Below are positions 57,431-64,000 of a stretch of 64,000 nucleotides of DNA, piece by piece; the stretch's first letter is position 1; each line of letters starts with the position of its first letter. Below the pieces are notes generated by a model, which saw only the letters and a list, made by a program, of their open reading frames with translations, did not search any database and was not told the origin of the DNA. The DNA comes from Chiloscyllium plagiosum (lineage: Eukaryota), in contig NC_057755.1 in NCBI RefSeq assembly GCF_004010195.1, forward strand, positions 6,603,210 to 6,667,209, read 5' to 3'. Both the position numbers and the translations under genes were made by a program.

Positions 57431-59850
57431 GAGAATCCAAAGGGTTTTTACAAACACATTAAGGATAAAAGGGTAATTAGGGAGAGAATAGGGCCCTCAA
57501 AGATCAGGAAGGCGGCCTTTGTGTTGAGCCACAGAAAATGGGGGAGATATTAAACGAGTATTTCGCAACAGTATTTACTTTGGAAAAGGACATGGAAGAT
57601 ATAGACTGTAGGGAAATTGATGGTGACATCTTGGAAAATGTCCTTTTCACAATGGATGAAGTGCTGAATGTCTTGAAACGCACAAGAATGGATAAATCCC
57701 CAGGACCTCATCAGGTATTCCCCAGAACTCTTTGGGAAGCTGGAGAAGTGATTGCTGGGCCTCTTGCTGAGATATTTGTATCATCGATTGTCACAGGTGA
57801 GGTGCCAGAAGACTGGAGGTTGGCTGACGTGGTGCCACTGATTAAGAAAGGTGATAAGGACAAGCCAGGGAACTATAGACCAGAGAGTCTGACCTAGGTG
57901 GTGGGCACGTAGTTGAAGGGAATCCTGAGGGACAAGATGTACATGTATTTGGAAAGGCAAGGACTGATTAAGCGTAGGCAACATGGCTTTGTGCGTGGGA
58001 AATCATGTCTCACAAACTTGATTGAATTTTTTGGAGAAGTAACAAAGAGGATTGATGAGGGCAGAGTGGTAGATGTGAGAGAATCCAAAGGGTTTTTACA
58101 AACACATTAAGGATAAAAGGGTAACTAGGGAGAGAATAGAGCCCCTCAAAGATCAGGAAGGCGGCCTTTGTGTGGAGCCACAGAAAATGGGGGAGATACT
58201 AAACGAGTATTTCGCATCAGTATTTACTGTGGAAAAGGACATGGAAGATATAGACTGTAGGGAAATTGATGGTGACATCTTGGAAAATGTCCTTTTTACA
58301 GTGGATGATGTGCTGAATGTCTTGAAAAGCACAAGAGTGGATAAACCCCCAGACCTGATCAGGTCTTCCCCAGAACTCTTTGGGAAGCTAGGGAAGTGAT
58401 TGTTGGGCCTCTTGCTGAGATATTTATATCATCGATTGTCACAGGTGAGGTGCCAGAAGACTGGAGGTTGGCTAACGTGGTGCCACTGATTAAGAAAGGT
58501 GGTAAGGACAAGCCAGGGAACTATAGACCAGTGAGTCTGACCTAGGTGGTGGGCATGTAGTTGAAGGGAATCCTGAGGGACAGGATGTACATGTATTTGG
58601 AAAGGCAAGGACTGATTAAGCGTAGGCAACATGGCTTTGTGCGTGGGAAATCATGTCTCACAAACTTGATTGAATTTTTTGGAGAAGTAACAAAGAGGAT
58701 TGATGAGGGCAGAGTGGTAGATGTGATCAATATGGACTTCAGTCAGACGTTCGGCAAGGTTCCCCATTGGAGACTGGTTAGCACGGTTAGATCCCACGGA
58801 ATACAGGGAGAACTAGCCATTTGATACAGAACTGGCCCAAAGACAGAAGACAGAGGGTGGTGTTGGAGGGCTGTTTTTCAGACTGAAGGTCTGTGCCAGT
58901 TGAGTGCCACAAGGATTGGTGCTCGTTCCACGACTTTCCATCATTTATATAAATGATTTGGATGTGAGCATAAGAGGTACAGTTAGTAAGTTTGCAGATG
59001 ACATTAAAGTTGGAGGTGTAGTAGATAGCGACGAAGGTTACCACAGATTTCAATGGGATCCTGATCGAATGGGCCAATGGGCTGAGAAGTGGCAGATGGC
59101 GTTTAGTTCAGATAAATGTGAGGTGCTGCGTTTTGGTACAGCAATTCTAGCAGGACTTATACTCTTAATAGTAAGGTCCTAGGGAGTGCTGCTGAATAAA
59201 GAGACCTTGGAGTGCAGATTCGTAGGTCATTGAAAGTGGACTCGCAGGTAGATAGGATCGTGAAGAAGGCGTTTGGTATGCTTTCCTTTGTCGGTCAGAG
59301 TATTGAGTACAGGAGTTGGGAGGTCATGTTGCAGCTGTACAGGATATTGTTGGAATATTACGTGCAATTCTGTTCTCCTTCCTACTGGAAAGATGTTGTG
59401 AAACTTGTAAGGTTTCAAAAAATATTTACAAGAATGTTGCCAGCGTTGGAGGATTTGAGGTATAGGGAGAGGCTGAACAGTTTGGAGCTATTTTATCTGG
59501 AGCGTCAGAGGCGGAGGGGTGACATTATAGACGTTTACAAAATTATGAGGTGAAATAGACAAAGTCTTTTTCCCTGCGTTGGGGGAGTCCAGAAGGAGAG
59601 GGCATATGGTTAGAGTTAAGGTGAGAGGGGAAAACTATAAAAGAGCCAAAAGTGAAAACATTTTCACACAGAGGGTGGAACGTGTATGGAATGAGCTGCA
59701 GATGAAGTGGTGGAGACTGGTACAATTGCAACATTTTAAAGGCATTTGGATGGGTATATGTATAGGAAGGGTTTGTAGGGATATGGGCTGGGTGCTGTCA
59801 GGTGGGACTAGGTTGGGTTGTGATATCTAGTCGGCATGGATGGGTTGGAG
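57431..59850 (+). mobile_element. CR1 inserted in the satellite, with a 647-648 bp internal tandem duplication
   Basis: GAGAATCCAAAGGGTTTTTACAAACAC at 57431 and about 58079; RT motifs; 3' region to about 59850. Confidence 0.92.
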
Positions 59851-62800
59851 AAAAGGCAGTCTGGCACTCAATGGAGGAACTGGTGCAGTGAGGCACTAAA
59901 TGGGAGAAATAGTGCAGTGTTGCACTAAATGAGAGAACAGGTACAGCGTTGCAATAGATTGGTGAATTGGTGTGGTGCAGAACTACTAGAGAGAATTGGT
60001 GCACTGTAATGTGAAAAGGGAGAATTGGTGCAGTGTAATACTAAATTAGAGCGTTCGTCCAGTGCATTATAAAAATGTAGAATTGGTGCAGTGTAGAACT
60101 AAATGGGAGAACTAGTGCAGTCTAAAACGAATTGAGAGAATTGGATGAGTGTCGTACTAAATGGGAGAATTGTTGTAGTGGACTGATAAATGGGAAAATT
60201 GGTACAGTGTAGTACTAAGTGGGAGAATTAGTGCAGTGTGGCACAAAATGGCAGAATTGGTGCACTATATCACGAAATTGGAGAATCGGTTCAGTGTGGT
60301 ACCAAATGGGTGAATTGGTGAAGTATGTCACGAAATGAGAGAACTTGTTTAGCGCAGTTTAAATGGGAAAATTAGTACAGTGTAATACGAAATATGAGAA
60401 TTGGCACAGTCTCGGACCAATTTGCAAAAGAAAAAAAGGTGCAGTGCAGCAAACAAATGAGAGAATTGGTGCAGTTTAGTATTAATTGGGAGAATTGGTG
60501 CAGTGTAATGCTAAATGGAATAATTGGGACAGTGGAGTACTCTACAGCAGAATTGGTGCAGTGTAATGTTAGGTAGTTGAATTGTTGCAATGTAATGCTA
60601 AATGGAAGAATTGGGACAGTGCAATGCTAAGTGGGAGAATTGACACTGTGTAGTACTAAAAAGGCAGAATTGGTGCTGTGTTGTACCAAATTGGAGAATT
60701 GTTACAGTGTAATACTAAATGTAAGAATTGGTACAGTGTCGGACAAAAAAGTGAGAATTTGTGCACTGTCGCTCAAAATGGAAAAGGTGCTGCAGCGTCG
60801 TACAAAATGGTATAAATTGGTCAGTGTATCACTAATTTAGAGAATTGTTGCAGTGTAAAAATAAATGGGAGAAATAGTGAAGTTTTGCACTTAATGGGAG
60901 GATTGGGGCGAAGTAGCACTAAATGGGAGAATTGAGGCAGTGCAGCACTAAATGAGAGAATTGTTGAAGTGTAGCACTAAATGGAAGAACTGATGCAGTG
61001 TCGCGCTACGAGGGCGAATTGGTGCAGTACAGTACAAACTAAGAAAATTAATAAATTGTAGCACTAAATGGGGCATTACGTGTAATGTAGCACGAACTGG
61101 GAGAACGGATGCATTGTCGCACTAAATGGGGGGATTGATGCAGTGTTGTGCGAAATGGGAGAATGGTGCAAAGTCGTGCAAAATTGGAATATCGATGCAT
61201 CCCAGCACTAAGCAGAATAATTCATGCAGTGTAGCACTAATTGGGAGATTTGGTGCACCATTGCACTGATTGGGATAATTAGTGCAGTGTACAACAAAAT
61301 AGAACTGGTGCAGTGTATCAGTAAATGGGAGAATTGGTGTGATGAAATGCTAAATGGGAGAATTGTTACAGTGTAATACTCAAAAGGGATATTGGTGCAG
61401 TGTAACACTTGATGGGAGAATTCATGTCGTGTTGCTATAAACAGAACAATTGGCGCAGTGTCATAGTAAGCAAGCGAATTGTTGCAGTGTAGCAATAAAA
61501 GGGAGAATTGGTTAAGTATATTTTTAAAAGAAAGAATTTCGTAGCACGAAATGGGAGAATTGCTGCTGTGTAGTACTAAATTGGAGGATTGGTGCAATGT
61601 AGTAACAAATTGGAGAGTAGTTGCAGTGCAGCACTAAATTAAAGAATTGGTGCACTGTAGAACTAAACGGGAGAATTGGTGAGAGTAACAATAAAATGGA
61701 GAATTATATGTGTATCTTCCCATGGAGAACTGTAGCAGTGATGCACCAATTTGGGAGAATTGCTGAAAAGTGATGCTGTGTAGAACTAAACGGGAGAACC
61801 GATCCAGTTAAGGGCAAAATGGAAGTTGTGCTAGTGTGTAGTACTAAATTGGAGAACTGGTGCAGTTCAGAAATAATTGGGAGGATTAGGTTACTGTCGC
61901 AATAAATGGCAGAAGTGGTGCAATGAAGCTCTAAATGGGAGAATTAAGACAATATAGAGTTACCTGGAAGAATTGGCGCAGTGTTGCACGAAATTGAAGA
62001 ATTGGTGCAGTGTGGTGCTGAAAGGGAGAATTGTGGCAGTGTGGCATCAAACAGGAGAATTAGTGCAGTGTAGTACTAAAAGGAGAATTCGGTTCAGTGC
62101 AGCATAAAATAGGAGAATTGATGCAGTGTAGTAATAAAACAGAGAATTGGGGCATCTTGGCACTTCTCGGGAGAATTTTGCCAGTGTATCACTAAGTTGT
62201 AGAAATGCAGCAGTGTAGTACTAAATGGGGCAAATGGTACAGTGTCGCAATAAATGGCAGAATTCGTGCAAAGTTGCATAATTGGGAGAAGTGGTGAAGT
62301 GTAGTGGTAAAAGGGAGAATACATGCAGTGCAGCACTGAATAGCAGAGTTGGTGCATTGTAGCACTCAATGGGAGAATTGGAGCAGTGTAGTCCTAACCG
62401 GGAGATTGGTGCAGTGTAGCATTAAATTGGAGATTTAGTGCAGTGCAGCAATAAATTGAAGAATTGGTTCAGTCCGGTGGTAAATGGGAGAATTGGGGCA
62501 GTGTAGCACTGAATAGCAGAATTGCCGCATTGTAGCACTAAATCGGAGAATTGCTGCAGTGTAGCACTAAATGCGAGAATTGACGCAGTGTGCCAGTAAA
62601 TGAGAGAATTGGTGCAGTGTAGCACAAAATGGGAAAATTAAAGCAGTGTATCAGTAAATGACTGTGATTTAGGCCAGTGTATTATTAAAAGGGAGAACTT
62701 AGGTCGTGCAGCACTACATGGGAGAATTGAGGTATCGTTGCAATAAATGCAACAATTGGCACATTGCAGCAATAATTGGGAGAAGTGAAGCAGAGTGACA

Positions 62801-63960
62801 CTAAATGGGAGAATTTGTGCAGTGCGTCACTAAAGGAGAGAATTGAAGCAGTGTATCATTAAATTACACAATTGGTGCAAGTCGGCTCTAAATTGGTGCT
62901 GTTTCACATTATATTGGAGAAGTGGCGCAGTGTAGTACTAAATAGGAGAATTGGTGCAGTGCAGCACTAAATGAGAGAATTGATGCAGTACAGCACTAAT
63001 TGGGAGAATTTAGTGTAGCACTAAATGGGAATATAGTACTAAATGGGAGAACTGAAGATGTGTATTACTGAACAGAATAATTGCTGCAGTGTAGCACTAA
63101 ATGGAAAAAATGGTGCAGTGTTATATTAAATGGAAGAACTTTTGCAGTATTGCACTAAATGGGAGAATGAGGACAGCGTAGTACTAAATGGGAGAATTGA
63201 TGCAATGTAGCACGAAATGGGAGAATTTAGTAGCACTAAATGGGACAATTGGTGCTGTGTAGAATTAAATAGGAGATTTTGTGAATTTTGGTTTAAAAAG
63301 GAGAATTGGGAGAAGTGTGGCACGAAATGGGCGGATTGGTGCAGATTAGCACGAAATGGGAGAATTGTGTCATTGAAGCATGAACGAGGAGAATTGGATC
63401 AGTACAGTACGAAATGGTCAAATTGGTACAGTGCAGAACTAAATGGGAGAATTAGTGCAGTGTGACAATAAATGGGAGAATCAGTGCATTGTAGCTGTAC
63501 ATGGGAGAACTGGGGCAATGTAGCGCTAAATGGGAGTATTGGTATAATGTAGTACTAAACAGTAGAATTTATGCAGTGTAGTTTTAAACAGAAAAAAATG
63601 GTGCAGTGTAGTACGAAATGGGAGAATTAGTGCAGTGCGGCACTAAATGAGAGAATTGAAGCAGTTAGTATTAAACAGGAGTATTGCTGCAGTGTTCTAC
63701 TAATGGGAGAATTTATTCATGTCAGACGAAATGGGAAAACTAGGACAATGTAATACGAAATGTGAGAATTGGGCTGTGGCGTATTAAATAGCAGAATTGA
63801 TGCAATGTAGCAACAAGTCAAATGGTAGGGCATTAATAAATGGGAGAAATGGTGTCAGGGAATCAATGTGAGAGAATTGGTGGGCATCAGTAATTGGGAG
63901 ATTTGGTACACTATGCGATTACATTAGAAAATTAGTGAGGATTGTCAATGCATTAAAGAA
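59850..63960. repeat. 29-bp satellite, main array
   Basis: More than 4 kb of diverged tandem units. Confidence 0.95.
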
Positions 63961-64000
63961 TTGTATTAGATCAGTCCTTATTAGTAGAATACTGGCTGGG

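Noticed and set aside
59850..63960. 29-bp repeats as a CRISPR-like array
   Set aside because: Units are head to tail and diverged, with no unique spacers and no cas genes; the context is vertebrate.

Overview
Vertebrate genomic DNA, from a shark judging by its HE1-type V-SINEs and HER1/CR1 LINEs (inference). There are three assembly gaps (2799-2905, 5042-5390, 36219-36989). From 0.7 to 20.8 kb on the minus strand lie the first seven coding exons of a PAT1-family mRNA-decay gene, most likely PATL1. All seven have GT-AG boundaries and splice in frame to 257 codons; the 3' part of the gene lies left of the window. A CpG-island promoter rich in NRF1-like motifs sits at about 20.6-21.1 kb. Directly upstream (21.6-37.2 kb) is a decayed tandem array of a unit carrying divergent tRNA-Val(TAC) and tRNA-Lys(TTT) genes. 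One Val and one Lys gene are intact, in different units, and six copies are pseudogenes. Scattered through the window are short, often palindromic, TSD-flanked elements that carry minimal hammerhead-ribozyme motifs of the Penelope-like type (two clear families and a third degenerate one); one copy has an intact catalytic core. A degenerate GIY-YIG fragment lies in intron 1. The 39-48 kb region is AT-rich, largely non-coding, and has one strong CTCF motif. From 48 to 64 kb a 29-bp satellite is broken by nested CR1 and SINE insertions with local tandem duplications. All alignments and counts were done by eye; no searches were run.
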